Assembly (NCBI GenBank): GCA_963787125.1
Contig: CAWBBV010000007.1
Location: forward strand, 160,001-224,000
Length of the DNA stretch: 64,000 nt
DNA from: an uncultured delta proteobacterium
Lineage (GTDB): Bacteria; Desulfobacterota; Desulfuromonadia; Geobacterales; DSM-12255
Reading direction: 5' to 3'
Below are positions 36,594 through 48,057 of this stretch, one piece after another. Below the pieces are notes generated by a model that had not been told where the DNA came from, did not search any database, and was given only the letters and a program-made list of their open reading frames with translations. Positions within the stretch are counted from its first letter, which is position 1; each line of letters opens with the position of its first letter. The translations under genes and the position numbers were made by a program.

Positions 36594-39500
36594 ATGTCAC
36601 GCCGCCGTAAAATAGCCATTATCACCGCTTCAGCCATTATCGCGCTGCTGATTTTCACCGCTTTTGTCCTGCCATACATTGTCAGAAGCCAACTTGAAAA
36701 GCAGATTGCCGTGGCCACCGACCGCAGCTGCACGGTAGCCAAAGTTTATATCAATCCTCTTAACTGGTCAGCCGAAGTTGTAGGGGTAAAGTTGGCCGAA
36801 AAGAGTTCGCCCGCTACCTTTGTCTCTTTCAGCAGCCTGAAGCTGAAGGTCAGCCCGACCTCTGTCTGGAGAATGGCGCCGGTGGTTTCATCCTTGAAGA
36901 TCAGTTCACCATACGTGCATCTTCTGCGCGATTCGCCCAACAGTTACAATTTCAGCGATATCCTGGCAAAATTGCCAAAAAAGAAGGGTGGTGAGCCGGC
37001 ACGGTTCTCGCTCAACAATATAGTGATTGAAAATGGCAAAATTGAATTTGACGACAACGCTCTCGCAGCGCCCCAACGCCACACTGTCGCACAACTTTCT
37101 CTCCAGGTCCCCTTTATCAGCAGCATCGCTTATTTTGCTGACAGATACGTGGATCCGCAGCTCTCAGCTGTTGTTAATGGCGCGCCGCTAATTTTTGCAG
37201 GCAAGGTCAAGCCATTTGAAAAAGGACTGACCGCGACGCTCAATATTGATCTCAAAGGGGTTGACATCCCTTCCTATGCGGCTTATTTCCCGAAAAAACT
37301 TCCAGTCAGGATTACCAACGGCTCGCTTGTCGCAAACATAAGAATTGATCATCATCTGATTCGTGGTGGAAAGCCTGATATCAATATTTCTGGTCTGATC
37401 GGGGTGAAAAATCTGGCTATAACTGAAAATTCCGGCGTGCCACTCTTTTCACTCGGTCTGTTTTCTGTAGAAATGCGCAAGTTGGCACTCCTGACGGGTC
37501 GTTATGAGTTTGATAAACTTTCACTGGAGAATCCACAGTTGGCAGTGACAGCAGACAGGCAGGGTGTCTGGAACCTGCTCCGGCTCAAAGGCAAAGCAGC
37601 AGGTGATGGTGCTGACAAGAAGATTCCGGCTGAGACTAAGAAGCCGGATATTTCCATAAGTAAGCTGCAGATAATTGAAGGGATTGTGAATATTAAAGAT
37701 TATCACCCCTCTGGCGGAAGCTCTGTCGAGCTTAAGAATATCGCCTTTTCCCTGGATAATTTTGCCAGCAGAGGCGAAGTGCCGGCACCATACACACTTT
37801 CGTTAGTAACAGGCAGGAAAGAGAAAGCCACTGCATCCGGAAATATTTCTCTGGAACCCCTTGCCGTTTCGGCGCGGATTAACCTGGCAGATATCGTTCT
37901 CGAAGCTACTTACCTGTCAGCACTGTTAAACGATCCAGTCCGCGGAAGAGGTGATTTTGGCGGAGACCTTGCTTTCAGCAGTGAGCAGGGGTTGACAATC
38001 GATCGGGCCCAGCTCCGGCTCAAGGACGTCCGCGTCCCATTTGGCAAGAGTGATGGTGTTTCATTGCCGTTGTTGGTGGCTGAAGGCGGGCGCCTCAATC
38101 TCAAAGAGAGGGCGTTTTTTCTGGAAAAGATAACTACGTCTGGCGGCAAAGTGGCAATTTCTCGCGATCTGACCGGAAAACTCTCGACATCTCTGCTGAT
38201 AAAACCGAAAAATGCTTTAGCTAAAGCACCGGCGGTTGTTCCAGTAACAGAAAAACCATTTTCATGGAAGATCGGCAAAGTGGCTCTGAATGGTTTGCAC
38301 GCTACATTTCAGGATTATCTGAAAGAGGAGCAGCCGAGGTTCGAGCTGGCGGATATAAAGGCGGAGCTCTCACTCATCAACGGGCCGCAACTGACGGAGA
38401 TGCCTGTTGCTGTTGCTGCAAAGTACGCAAAAGGCTCGATCACGTTCGGTGGCAGGGTTAATCCTGCGCCATTTCGTTTTAAAGGGGATATTATCTGCAA
38501 GAACTTCCCCTTTGCCGAGTTTGATCCATATCTGCCGAACGGGTTTAACATTGCCCTTGTCGACGGGAAACTGGATACAAAACTTACCCTTGATGTTGCC
38601 GTGAAAGAAGGCAAACCACAGGGCAGTTTCCATGGTGAAGCCGGGATAAGGGACTTCCACGTAATCGATGCAGATGAGGATGATCTCCTTAAATGGGAGA
38701 GTTTTCTTCTGGATAAATTCAGCGGGACGCTTGAGCCGTTTACTCTGGCCATGAGCGGTCTGAGCCTGAACAACTACTATGCGAAACTTATAGTCAATAA
38801 GAATGGCCGAATTAATTTACAGGATATTTACAAGGCTCCGGCGAAAGAGACGGACGTTGCGGTAGCCGTGGCACCGAAAGCTGCCAGTAACAGGAATATC
38901 CGCATCGACACCATTACGCTCTCTTCCGGCACACTTGATTTCAGCGATCATCATTTGAATCGAGACTTTGCCACGACAATGCTGAATATGGGGGGTAGAA
39001 TCAGCGGTCTCAGCTCTGACGCTGCTTCAGCTGCAGATATTGATTTGCGTGGCAACCTGGAAAATCACTCGCCGCTGAAAATATCCGGCAAAGTGAACCC
39101 TTTGGCCAGCGAGCTTTTCCTCGATATGCAGATCAATTTCAGCGATATCGAGCTCTCGCCGCTAACCCCCTATTCAGGTACATATCTTGGCTATGTAATT
39201 GACAAGGGCAAGCTCTCGCTCGGCATGAAGTACAAGATCGAAAAAAAGAGCCTGACAGCGGAGAACAAGGTTTTTATCGACCAGTTTACCTTTGGGGACA
39301 AGGTTGAGAGCAGCAAGGCAACTGCTCTGCCGGTTAGGCTTGCCGTTGCACTGTTAAAAGACAAGAACGGCGAGATTCATCTTGATCTGCCGGTTTCCGG
39401 AAGGACAGACTCTCCTAAATTCAGTATTTGGGGGGTTGTCGGCCAGGTGCTGAAGAACCTGCTGGTAAAGGCAGCCACATCGCCTTTCGCGCTTTTACAG

Positions 39501-40097
39501 GCAAGTTTCGGTGGTGGCACCGATTTTAGCAGTATAACTTTTTCATCCGGCTCAAGCAGGTTGTCAGCTGCCGAAGAGGAGAAGCTGCGTGCCCTGGCAA
39601 AGGCACTTGGCGAGCGCCCCGGCATCAGACTTGAAATTACCGGTTTTTCTGATAGGGAGCGCGATCCAGAGGGGTATAGAGGTGAACTGCTGCTCAAGAA
39701 GATGAAGAATGAAAAATTACTTTTTCTGGCAAAAGAGAAACGCGATCATAGCAGCGTACAGCATGAAGCAGTAGAAATCCTTCCAGCTGAGTATTCTAGA
39801 TGGCTTAAAACAGTTTATGAAAAAGAAAAATTCCCCAAGCCGAGGACAGCTATCGGGGCAGTCAAGGCCCTGCCTGATGATGAGATGAAAAAGCTGATCC
39901 TTGCCAACACGGCTGTGACAGAGCAGCAGCTGCGGGGCCTGGCAAGAGAGCGTACTCTTGCCACAATGAATTTCCTGCTGAAAGAGGGCAGTTTGCCGCA
40001 AGAGCGGCTTTTTGAGAAGAGCGGCGATCCCTTTGCCAGCGCCGACAAAGGGGGCATAGTCGGTGGGAGGGTTGAGTTTGGCGTAGTAGCCAGATAA
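36594..40097 (+). CDS. DUF748/AsmA-like envelope protein with C-terminal OmpA-like segment
   Basis: N-terminal TM, YNFSDIL, PYSGTYLGY..KGKLSL, LLKD.NGEI.LDLPVSG. Confidence 0.8.
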   Translation: MSRRRKIAIITASAIIALLIFTAFVLPYIVRSQLEKQIAVATDRSCTVAKVYINPLNWSAEVVGVKLAEKSSPATFVSFSSLKLKVSPTSVWRMAPVVSSLKISSPYVHLLRDSPNSYNFSDILAKLPKKKGGEPARFSLNNIVIENGKIEFDDNALAAPQRHTVAQLSLQVPFISSIAYFADRYVDPQLSAVVNGAPLIFAGKVKPFEKGLTATLNIDLKGVDIPSYAAYFPKKLPVRITNGSLVANIRIDHHLIRGGKPDINISGLIGVKNLAITENSGVPLFSLGLFSVEMRKLALLTGRYEFDKLSLENPQLAVTADRQGVWNLLRLKGKAAGDGADKKIPAETKKPDISISKLQIIEGIVNIKDYHPSGGSSVELKNIAFSLDNFASRGEVPAPYTLSLVTGRKEKATASGNISLEPLAVSARINLADIVLEATYLSALLNDPVRGRGDFGGDLAFSSEQGLTIDRAQLRLKDVRVPFGKSDGVSLPLLVAEGGRLNLKERAFFLEKITTSGGKVAISRDLTGKLSTSLLIKPKNALAKAPAVVPVTEKPFSWKIGKVALNGLHATFQDYLKEEQPRFELADIKAELSLINGPQLTEMPVAVAAKYAKGSITFGGRVNPAPFRFKGDIICKNFPFAEFDPYLPNGFNIALVDGKLDTKLTLDVAVKEGKPQGSFHGEAGIRDFHVIDADEDDLLKWESFLLDKFSGTLEPFTLAMSGLSLNNYYAKLIVNKNGRINLQDIYKAPAKETDVAVAVAPKAASNRNIRIDTITLSSGTLDFSDHHLNRDFATTMLNMGGRISGLSSDAASAADIDLRGNLENHSPLKISGKVNPLASELFLDMQINFSDIELSPLTPYSGTYLGYVIDKGKLSLGMKYKIEKKSLTAENKVFIDQFTFGDKVESSKATALPVRLAVALLKDKNGEIHLDLPVSGRTDSPKFSIWGVVGQVLKNLLVKAATSPFALLQASFGGGTDFSSITFSSGSSRLSAAEEEKLRALAKALGERPGIRLEITGFSDRERDPEGYRGELLLKKMKNEKLLFLAKEKRDHSSVQHEAVEILPAEYSRWLKTVYEKEKFPKPRTAIGAVKALPDDEMKKLILANTAVTEQQLRGLARERTLATMNFLLKEGSLPQERLFEKSGDPFASADKGGIVGGRVEFGVVAR

Positions 40098-40110
40098 CGG
40101 CCTGTTGCTT

Positions 40111-40140
40111 TGTAGAGACGCAAAATCTTGCGTCCCTACA
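40111..40140. repeat. GTAG-type REP-like palindrome
   Basis: tGTAGagacgcaa-aatc-ttgcgtccCTACa just after a stop codon. Confidence 0.7.
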
Positions 40141-40238
40141 ATTTTTCTCTTGCCGACTGGAAATCCTCCTTGAGTCAGTTATAATAAAGGCTAACACTTC
40201 TCCACCCCCGTTCAGATGAAGATTTACAGAGGTGCTGC

Positions 40239-41807
40239 GTGATGCTGAATAAAGAGTTAATCTCCGAACTTCGCAATAGCGACAGTCTGTTTGCACAGAT
40301 AATAAACTCTGCGGCTGAGGGGATTATCTGTCTGGACCCACTGGGGAACTGCACCTTTGTGAACAAGGCCTGCCTGTCAATCCTCGATTATGACCTGGCT
40401 TCTGACTTTCTCGGCAAGAATCTCCATGACTTTGTCTACTGCGCTGCCAGTGCCAGGGAACACACTGACAAACTGCCAGAGTGCAGAGTCATGGCGACTA
40501 TTGCAAAAAATGAAGAGTACTTTAATGCGGATGAACAGTTGATCCGTGCTGACGGCAGCTTTATCAGGACGGTGTACAGAGGTCGTCCGCTGCTTGCAGC
40601 GGATGGCAGTATTGTTGGCGCTGTGATCACTTTCTGCGACATCTCTCAGCTTAAGTGCCTTGAAGAGCAGTTGCGTCAGTCACAGAAGCTGGAGGCAATA
40701 GGAACGCTTGCGGGAGGAGTGGCGCACGACTTCAATAATATTCTGACGGCGATCATCGGTTTTGGAAGTTTGATAGAGATGAAGATGGCTGAGGATGATC
40801 CGATGATGAGGAGTCTGCAGCAGATACTCGCCGCTGCAGACAGAGCTTCCGATCTTACCCGCTCCCTGCTGGCATTCACCAGAAAACAGCTGACAGATAT
40901 GCGGATAAGTAATCTAAACAGGATAGTTCAGAACCTGGAAAAAATGCTGAAAAGAGTTCTCCGTGAAGATATTGAGCTTTGCGTCAACCTTTGTCAGGAC
41001 GAGACCGTTGTAATGGCTGATGCGGAACAGATCGAGCAGGTTATGCTAAACCTTGCAACCAACGCCAGAGACGCATTGCCAAAAGGCGGTGAGATAATAG
41101 TCGCTACTTCCAGGTGCATGCTTGATGACGATTTTGTGAAAAAAAACGGGCTTTCAACATCCGGCGCCTACATGATGCTCTCATTTGCCGATAACGGTAC
41201 GGGCATGGACGAGGCGGAAGCTGCCAGAGTTTTTGAGCCGTTTTATACCACCAAGTCTGAAGGCGAGAGTACGGGGTTGGGTCTTTCGGTCTGTTACGGC
41301 ATTATCAGAAACCATAACGGCTATATAGAGTGTCATTCAGAAAAAAGTGTCGGAACGGTCTTTAGAATTTACCTTCCGGAGGTAGCTCCTGATCAGCACC
41401 TTACTGAACGGAGTGCTGTCACGCTCACACATCTGCAAGGGACTGAGACTGTGCTTCTGGCCGAAGATGATCAGGCGGTAAGGGCATTGAGCAGAAAGAT
41501 GCTTGAACAGTTTGGTTACCGGGTTATCGAAGCGACAGATGGTGTTGAAGCTGTTGATCTTTACAAGCAGAACAGCCAGCTTATCAACCTAAGTATTCTT
41601 GATGTTATTATGCCGAAAAAAAGCGGAGTCGCAGCATATCATGAAATATTAAAAGTGAATCCTCAGGCAGCATTCATCTTTATCAGTGGGTATTCAGAGG
41701 ACTTTTTGAAGAAACAGGATCTTCCTGTCGGGGCGATAATTATAAAAAAGCCTGTTGCACCGGTTAGATTCCTGGAAGCGATCAGGAACGAATTGAACAA
41801 AATTTAA
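40239..41807 (+). CDS. PAS-domain hybrid histidine kinase / receiver
   Basis: AHDFNN, NARDA, FEPFYTTK, GLGL, EDD..LDVIMP. Confidence 0.92.
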   Translation: MMLNKELISELRNSDSLFAQIINSAAEGIICLDPLGNCTFVNKACLSILDYDLASDFLGKNLHDFVYCAASAREHTDKLPECRVMATIAKNEEYFNADEQLIRADGSFIRTVYRGRPLLAADGSIVGAVITFCDISQLKCLEEQLRQSQKLEAIGTLAGGVAHDFNNILTAIIGFGSLIEMKMAEDDPMMRSLQQILAAADRASDLTRSLLAFTRKQLTDMRISNLNRIVQNLEKMLKRVLREDIELCVNLCQDETVVMADAEQIEQVMLNLATNARDALPKGGEIIVATSRCMLDDDFVKKNGLSTSGAYMMLSFADNGTGMDEAEAARVFEPFYTTKSEGESTGLGLSVCYGIIRNHNGYIECHSEKSVGTVFRIYLPEVAPDQHLTERSAVTLTHLQGTETVLLAEDDQAVRALSRKMLEQFGYRVIEATDGVEAVDLYKQNSQLINLSILDVIMPKKSGVAAYHEILKVNPQAAFIFISGYSEDFLKKQDLPVGAIIIKKPVAPVRFLEAIRNELNKI

Positions 41808-41829
41808 GAACAAACAAGAGGAGAGAGAA

Positions 41830-42408
41830 ATGAGTAAGTCAGTAAAAGGGACAAAGACAGAGCAGAATCTGCTGAAATCGTTTGCCGGAGAGAGTCAGGC
41901 CCGCAATCGCTACACCTTTTTTGCCGGGGTTGCCAAAAAGGAGGGGTATGTCCAGATTGCCGACATTTTCGAAGAGACTGCAAATCAAGAGAAAGAGCAC
42001 GCCAAGCGATTTTTCAAGTTTCTTGAAGGTGGCGATCTGGAGATAACTGCGTGCTTCCCTGCCGGTATTATCGGCACTACCGCCCAGAATCTTCTCGCTT
42101 CAGCCAATGGCGAGCATGAAGAACATAGCGAGCTTTATCCGTCATTTGCTGCAATTGCAAAAGAGGAGGGCTTTCCGGGTATCGCAGCCGCATGGAACGC
42201 AATTTCAGTAGCCGAGAAGCAGCATGAGAAGCGCTATCGTGACCTGTATGAAAACATCGGGGCAGAGCGTGTTTTCAAGCGTGACCAGCCGGAAGTCTGG
42301 CGCTGCCGTAACTGTGGCTATCTGCACGCAGGCAGTGAGGCTCCTGATCTCTGTGCCGCCTGTCTCCATCCCAAGGCTCACTTCGAGCTTCTTGGCGAAA
42401 ACTGGTAA
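41830..42408 (+). CDS. rbr: Rubrerythrin
   Basis: GESQARNRY, EKEHA, EKQHE, CRNC..CAAC. Confidence 0.93.
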   Translation: MSKSVKGTKTEQNLLKSFAGESQARNRYTFFAGVAKKEGYVQIADIFEETANQEKEHAKRFFKFLEGGDLEITACFPAGIIGTTAQNLLASANGEHEEHSELYPSFAAIAKEEGFPGIAAAWNAISVAEKQHEKRYRDLYENIGAERVFKRDQPEVWRCRNCGYLHAGSEAPDLCAACLHPKAHFELLGENW

Positions 42409-42426
42409 GAACTACAGAGAGGTCAA

Positions 42427-44946
42427 TTGAACTGGGACAGTTTGAAAGTGAAGATTATCCTGTTGGTATCTCTGCCGCTCCTGGCGACAGCAGGGGCTAT
42501 TTTTGTTCTGTCTCTTTTCAGGACCCTTCACAATCATTTCACTATTTTCTCAGCGCTGGTTTTATTCGGTTCAATTTTTACCGCCGGCTCTGCCTGGTGT
42601 CTCACGAAGCTGATCGATGAGCGGCAGAAAGAGCAGGCGCAGCAGCTCGGATTCCTGCAAATACTTATCGATACCATTCCTAACCCCATTTATTACAAGG
42701 ATTCCGCAGGGCTCTATCTCGGTTGTAACCGGGCATTTGAAAATGCTACCGGCGCTGCCAGAAAAGATGTGATTGGTAAGCAGGCACACGATTTCTTTGT
42801 TCAGGAGCTTGCAGATATCTACTGCCGTGGAGATGAAGAGCTGTTAGCTCGAGGTGGCGAACAGCTCTTCGGCAGCGTTGCCCCGTATGCTGATGGAACT
42901 CTCCGTAATGTAATCTTTCATAAAGCAACTTTTGCCGCGGTGGATGGAGCACTTGGTGGCCTTGTCGGTATCTATATGGATGTTACCGAACAGAAGCGTG
43001 CTCAGGATGCTCTTGCCATGGAGAAAAACTTCACTGTCAGCCTTCTTCAGGGTTCTGCCACAGCTACCTTCGTTATTGACTGTGACCATAATCTGCTTTT
43101 TTGGAATCGGGCCTGTGAGGCGTTGACGGGGATTGCAGCTGAAGATCTTGTCGGGACAGACAGGCACTGGAGTGCATTTTATCATGAGAAAACACCGTGC
43201 CTTGCCGATCTACTGATGGATCGGGTAATCCCCTTCGAGACAAAGGAGTTCAGTCGCTCAGATATAATAAGTGAAGGGGTTCAAGGGGAGAAGTGGGTGA
43301 CAGTTGCCGGCAGGAAACGGTATCTTTTTTTCAATGCCGCGCCGGTTCTGAATGACAAGGGGGAAGTGGTTGCTGCTGTTGAGACTCTGGAGGATATCAC
43401 GGAACGGAAACTCCTGGAAGAGGAGTTGGTGAAGCTGACCTACGCAGTTACCCAGAGTCCGATCGGAATCATAATTACTGACAATAACGGTGTTATCGAG
43501 TATGTGAACCCGCGCTTTACCGAGATAAGTGGTTATCAACTGGCAGATGTTCAGGGTGAGCAATCATCCATGTTCAAATGGGTGGACGCGTCTGCAAAGA
43601 CCTATCGCGAGCTGATAAAAACTATTCGTGACGGCGGGGAATGGCGGGGGAGGTTTCATAACAGGAAGAAAAACGGCGAACTTTACTGGGAAGACGCTCT
43701 TATCGCGCCGATAAAAAATTCAGCAGGGGAAATAACCCACTTTATTGCGATGAAGGAAGATATCACTGAACGGGTGAGACTTGAAGAGCAGCTCCAGTAC
43801 TCCCAGAAAATGGATTCAATCGGTCGCATGGCTGGAGGTCTGGCTCACGATTTCAATAACATCCTGACGGCTATAGCCGGCTATGTCGGGATAATGGAGT
43901 TCTATACTGCCGAAGATTCGCCGTTGACATCATCTCTAACGCAGATAAGAAACTCGGTGGACAGGGCTGCAACACTGGTCCAGGGTCTGCTCGACTTCAG
44001 CCGCAGGCAGCGGACAAATCCTCTGGCGGTAAACCTTAACGACATTGTCATCAGAGTCGGCAAGCTTCTCTCCAGTCTTATTGGTGAAGATATAACTCTG
44101 CATAACTTCCTGAGTGAAGCCCCCCTTGAGATCCTGGCAGACACCGTCCAGATCGAGCAGCTAATCATGCATCTGGTGAATAATGCCCGTGATGCCATGC
44201 CAAATGGCGGGGAACTTTGGATAGGAACCAGGCGCGCGACCCTGGATAACGATTTTGTCAGGCGTTATGGCTACGGCAGTGTGGGTGATTATGCCCTTTT
44301 GACCTTGACTGACAATGGTGTCGGCATGGACGCCGCAACTCTGGAAAATATTTATGAACCTTTTTTCAGTACCAAGGGCGTCGGCAAAGGGAGTGGCCTG
44401 GGGCTTTCAGTTGTCTACGGATGCGTCAAACAGCACAAGGGGTTTCTTACCTGCTATAGTGAGCCCGGCAAGGGGACGCAGTTTAATATCTATCTGCCAC
44501 TGCTTCAGGATGATAGCGAGTACGAAGCAGACGAGCCGAAGCCAGCTGCGAAGTTATCGACAAGTGGGCAGCTTAGGGGAGATGAAACTCTTTTGCTTGT
44601 AGAGGACGATGAAGAGGTTCTGGGAATTATAAAGAGCCTGCTGGAAGAGTTCGGCTATACTGTTATGGTGGCAAAAAACGGCAACAAGGCAGTTGAGCTT
44701 TTCAAGGAGAACGCCCGGACGATAAGCCTGGTAATCCTTGACGCAATTATGCCGCAAAAGAGCGGCTGGGAGACTTTTCTGGAGATAAAAGCAGAAGCCC
44801 CTTGGGTAAAGGCCCTTTTTATCAGTGGCTATACCAGAGAGGCGCTGATTGATAAAGGGATGCTGGAAGATAGCTCCACTTTTCTGCCTAAACCGCTTGC
44901 GCCACTCGATCTTCTCAGGACAGTCAAAGAGGTTATAACGCGATGA
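42427..44946 (+). CDS. Membrane-bound multi-PAS hybrid histidine kinase / receiver
   Basis: Two TM, three [17 protein letters not shown], receiver. Confidence 0.92.
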   Translation: MNWDSLKVKIILLVSLPLLATAGAIFVLSLFRTLHNHFTIFSALVLFGSIFTAGSAWCLTKLIDERQKEQAQQLGFLQILIDTIPNPIYYKDSAGLYLGCNRAFENATGAARKDVIGKQAHDFFVQELADIYCRGDEELLARGGEQLFGSVAPYADGTLRNVIFHKATFAAVDGALGGLVGIYMDVTEQKRAQDALAMEKNFTVSLLQGSATATFVIDCDHNLLFWNRACEALTGIAAEDLVGTDRHWSAFYHEKTPCLADLLMDRVIPFETKEFSRSDIISEGVQGEKWVTVAGRKRYLFFNAAPVLNDKGEVVAAVETLEDITERKLLEEELVKLTYAVTQSPIGIIITDNNGVIEYVNPRFTEISGYQLADVQGEQSSMFKWVDASAKTYRELIKTIRDGGEWRGRFHNRKKNGELYWEDALIAPIKNSAGEITHFIAMKEDITERVRLEEQLQYSQKMDSIGRMAGGLAHDFNNILTAIAGYVGIMEFYTAEDSPLTSSLTQIRNSVDRAATLVQGLLDFSRRQRTNPLAVNLNDIVIRVGKLLSSLIGEDITLHNFLSEAPLEILADTVQIEQLIMHLVNNARDAMPNGGELWIGTRRATLDNDFVRRYGYGSVGDYALLTLTDNGVGMDAATLENIYEPFFSTKGVGKGSGLGLSVVYGCVKQHKGFLTCYSEPGKGTQFNIYLPLLQDDSEYEADEPKPAAKLSTSGQLRGDETLLLVEDDEEVLGIIKSLLEEFGYTVMVAKNGNKAVELFKENARTISLVILDAIMPQKSGWETFLEIKAEAPWVKALFISGYTREALIDKGMLEDSSTFLPKPLAPLDLLRTVKEVITR

Positions 44947-46013
44947 AAAATGAGAACGGAAAGATTGTTTTGGTAGATGACGACCAGTATGTCCTTGACA
45001 GCACCTCTACACTGCTCCGTATCTCCGGATTTGACGTGACCGCGGTAGATTCAGGAGAAAAGGCTCTGGCGGCGCTTATGGCAGAGAAGTTTGACCTGGT
45101 TCTTACTGATGTCAATATGCCGGCGATGACCGGAATAGAGCTGCTCCGACAGATTCATGCAAGAGATGAAGAGTTGCCGGTCATCCTCATGACAGCTTAT
45201 GCAGAACTTAATATAGCTGTCTCAGCTGTGAAAGAGGGGGCTTTTGATTTTATAATCAAGCCCTATTCACCCGCCCATCTTATCCATGCCGTTGAAAAGG
45301 GGATTCGCTTCGGCAACCTGAAACAACTTGAAAATAACTACAAAAGTGAACTTGAGATGACCGTTGCCAAGAGAACAGCAGAACTGGCGGCGGCCCTCAC
45401 GCAGCTACGCGGTTTGAGCGAAGAGACAATCGTCAGGCTTACCAATGCTGCTGAACTTCGTGACGAAGATACGGGCAAGCATATTTCCCGAATAGGGATT
45501 TATGCCGGGCGACTGGCTGAGGCTGTGGGTGCTGCTCCGGAATTTGTGACCATGATTCGCATTGCCAGCGCCATGCATGATGTTGGTAAAATCGGTATTC
45601 CTGATTCAGTATTGCTTAAAGAAGGCCCGCTGACAGCAGATGAGTTTATGTTGATGAAAACACATACTGAAGTGGGAGAGAAGATCCTTGCAGGGTCAAG
45701 CTTCCCGATGCTGCAGATGGCCGCATCAATAGCCATAACACACCATGAACGCTGGGATGGCACCGGTTATCCACGAGGGATTAAAGGCGCAGAAACACCG
45801 CTTGAAGGGCGGATCGTCATGCTGGTTGATCAGTATGATGCGTTGCGGAGCAAAAGGGTCTATAAGCCGGCATTCAGTCATGAAAAAACCTGCTCAATAA
45901 TTCTGGACGGGGATGGCCGCACAATGCCGGCTCACTTTGACCCGGAGATATACGAAGCGTTCAGGCGTGTAACAGCAGATTTTGAAGAGATCTATGCAGC
46001 CAACAGTGATTGA
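44943..46013 (+). CDS. Response regulator with HD-GYP phosphodiesterase domain (RpfG-like)
   Basis: Receiver, [18 protein letters not shown]. Confidence 0.92.
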   Translation: MKNENGKIVLVDDDQYVLDSTSTLLRISGFDVTAVDSGEKALAALMAEKFDLVLTDVNMPAMTGIELLRQIHARDEELPVILMTAYAELNIAVSAVKEGAFDFIIKPYSPAHLIHAVEKGIRFGNLKQLENNYKSELEMTVAKRTAELAAALTQLRGLSEETIVRLTNAAELRDEDTGKHISRIGIYAGRLAEAVGAAPEFVTMIRIASAMHDVGKIGIPDSVLLKEGPLTADEFMLMKTHTEVGEKILAGSSFPMLQMAASIAITHHERWDGTGYPRGIKGAETPLEGRIVMLVDQYDALRSKRVYKPAFSHEKTCSIILDGDGRTMPAHFDPEIYEAFRRVTADFEEIYAANSD

Positions 46014-46083
46014 ACTCACTTGGCCTGTTTATCAGGGCTATGGAGATGATAGCGGCTAAATATGTTTTGACAGGAGGGCGAAA

Positions 46084-46758
46084 GTGATGATGAGAATTTT
46101 GTCGGTTTTTGTGGTTTTTCTGGCGCTGACGAATTTTGCGGCGGCGGGCTCGGTCGATGATACGTTTAACCAGGTGAACAAGCATCTCTATGGCATCGGG
46201 GAAGATGTGCGCGAAGCGAGCCCTGCGCAGCAGGATGAACCCGTGCCTCCTCCTGAGCCGAAAACCAGGGTAAAGAAACGCTCTGCACCACCTGCTGAAG
46301 AGCAGGCACCGGAACAAGACTCTGGTTTTTCAGCCGGAAACGGTGTGGATGACGACCATTTTATTCAGAGTGATGACTATTTTGTGCAAAAGCACGATCT
46401 TAGCGGTCACGCCTGGATATGGGTGGAGCTTGCCAAGGTTGTTACCCCTCCCGGCGCTGATACCAAAGGGGAAGGGGAGTTTATGAAGGTGCGGGACGGC
46501 GAGAATTACTGGACAAAGTACTACTGGCGAACTCGCATCGCTGACCGGTCCGAACTGAAACTGGGTATGCATGTAATCGCGTTTAATGATAACCATCGCG
46601 GTGATATTTACCAGGCTCCGGAAAAAAAGGATCGTGCCAGAGGTGGTGGCTGGTTTTACGCTAAAATCACGGACATGTCTGATCTTTATAAAGGGTATGT
46701 AACTGTTTCAGGAAATTACAAGGTCGGCCTGGGGAATTTGCGGGTAATCAGGCGCTGA
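46084..46758 (+). CDS. Hypothetical exported protein
   Basis: Signal peptide, Pro-rich linker, aromatic C-terminal domain; followed by a terminator. Confidence 0.7.
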   Translation: MMMRILSVFVVFLALTNFAAAGSVDDTFNQVNKHLYGIGEDVREASPAQQDEPVPPPEPKTRVKKRSAPPAEEQAPEQDSGFSAGNGVDDDHFIQSDDYFVQKHDLSGHAWIWVELAKVVTPPGADTKGEGEFMKVRDGENYWTKYYWRTRIADRSELKLGMHVIAFNDNHRGDIYQAPEKKDRARGGGWFYAKITDMSDLYKGYVTVSGNYKVGLGNLRVIRR

Positions 46759-46790
46759 TAGTAGTTGGCTGAGCAGCTGCTGGTTGACCC

Positions 46791-46823
46791 CCCCGGGAAC
46801 TTGTTTTTCCCGGGGGATTTTTA
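46791..46823 (+). terminator. Intrinsic terminator
   Basis: ccccgggaa..ttcccgggg then attttt. Confidence 0.7.
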
Positions 46824-46947
46824 TGTACACTGGCATGTATCCTGGTTGTCAGGGTCGGGACTGTTTGCCAGGCGACAATACCAGTAAGTTTTTTCAGCTT
46901 GGATTTAATCGGAGCATAGGGTAGTTTAACGCAATCAGAAATATGGA

Positions 46948-47343
46948 GTGTTCATGAACCGTTTTATAAATGTAAACCTTGTGATTGCAGTACAGCTGAC
47001 TACCCCGGCTGAAAACCCTCTGGTTACCGATAGCAGCCGGATGATGGATGTCTGGTTTGGCGGTGCTACCGTCAGGAAGCAGCTTTTCAAGAAGGTGACC
47101 AAAGGTGAGCAGGAATTTATGACAGAGACTCTGAAGACCAGAGACTTCATCCAGTCCGGTAATCTCCTGATTGACCCGGCAGCAGTTCTTTTTGCAGAGA
47201 TGGAGAATCAATTCTTAGGGGGCTTCGTTACCATAGGTTATCAGGAAAACGGAAAACCGGTCGAACTTAAACTCGGCGGTAAGGCTTTCAATGAGCTCTG
47301 CGCCAGACTTTCCACTCTTCCAGGTGGCGGCGCTCTAGGATGA
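46948..47343 (+). CDS. Hypothetical protein
   Basis: 131-aa ORF with GGAG SD, co-directional with neighbours. Confidence 0.6.
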   Translation: MFMNRFINVNLVIAVQLTTPAENPLVTDSSRMMDVWFGGATVRKQLFKKVTKGEQEFMTETLKTRDFIQSGNLLIDPAAVLFAEMENQFLGGFVTIGYQENGKPVELKLGGKAFNELCARLSTLPGGGALG

Positions 47344-47391
47344 TTGAATTAATTTTGTTTGCTGCGATTTGTCAGTGACAGGGAGAAACAG

Positions 47392-48048
47392 GTGAAACCA
47401 GCAATGCTGACAAACGGGGAAACCCTCGCAATCGGTAAAATACTCTGCATTGGCAGAAACTACGTCGATCATATAAAAGAGCTGGGGAATGAAGTGTCCG
47501 GGACCCCGGTCATTTTCATGAAGCCGGCAAGTTCTGTAATAGACGATGGTGAAGAGGTCATAATCCCTTCATATTCTGCCAACTGCCATCATGAAGCCGA
47601 ACTTGCGCTGCTGGTCGGTAAAAAATGCAAAAACATTCCGGAAGCTGATGCGCTCTCATGTCTTAGCGGCTATGGAGTCGCCATTGACCTGACGCTAAGG
47701 GATGTTCAGGATGAGCTCAAGAAAAAAGGGCTGCCGTGGGATATTGCCAAAGGTTTTGACACGGCCTGTCCATTATCGGTTTTCGTGCCCGCTGCAAGGA
47801 TTCAGGACCCACAGAGCCTGACTATCACCATGACAGTCAACGGAGAGCTGCGGCAGAACGGCAGTACCGGGCTCATGATTCATACCGCGGCCAAAATCAT
47901 TAGCCACCTGTCGACAATTTTCACTCTTGAACCAGGGGATATAATACTGACAGGAACACCGGCTGGCGTAGGCCGAGTAGTGGCGGGTGACAGGTTATCT
48001 GCTGAAATAGGCGGGGTCGGCAAGGTAACGGTTTCTGTCGCTAATTAG
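47392..48048 (+). CDS. Fumarylacetoacetate hydrolase family protein
   Basis: CIGRNYVDH, HHEAEL, AKGFDT, TGTPAGVG. Confidence 0.9.
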   Translation: MKPAMLTNGETLAIGKILCIGRNYVDHIKELGNEVSGTPVIFMKPASSVIDDGEEVIIPSYSANCHHEAELALLVGKKCKNIPEADALSCLSGYGVAIDLTLRDVQDELKKKGLPWDIAKGFDTACPLSVFVPAARIQDPQSLTITMTVNGELRQNGSTGLMIHTAAKIISHLSTIFTLEPGDIILTGTPAGVGRVVAGDRLSAEIGGVGKVTVSVAN

Positions 48049-48057
48049 TCAACGTCC

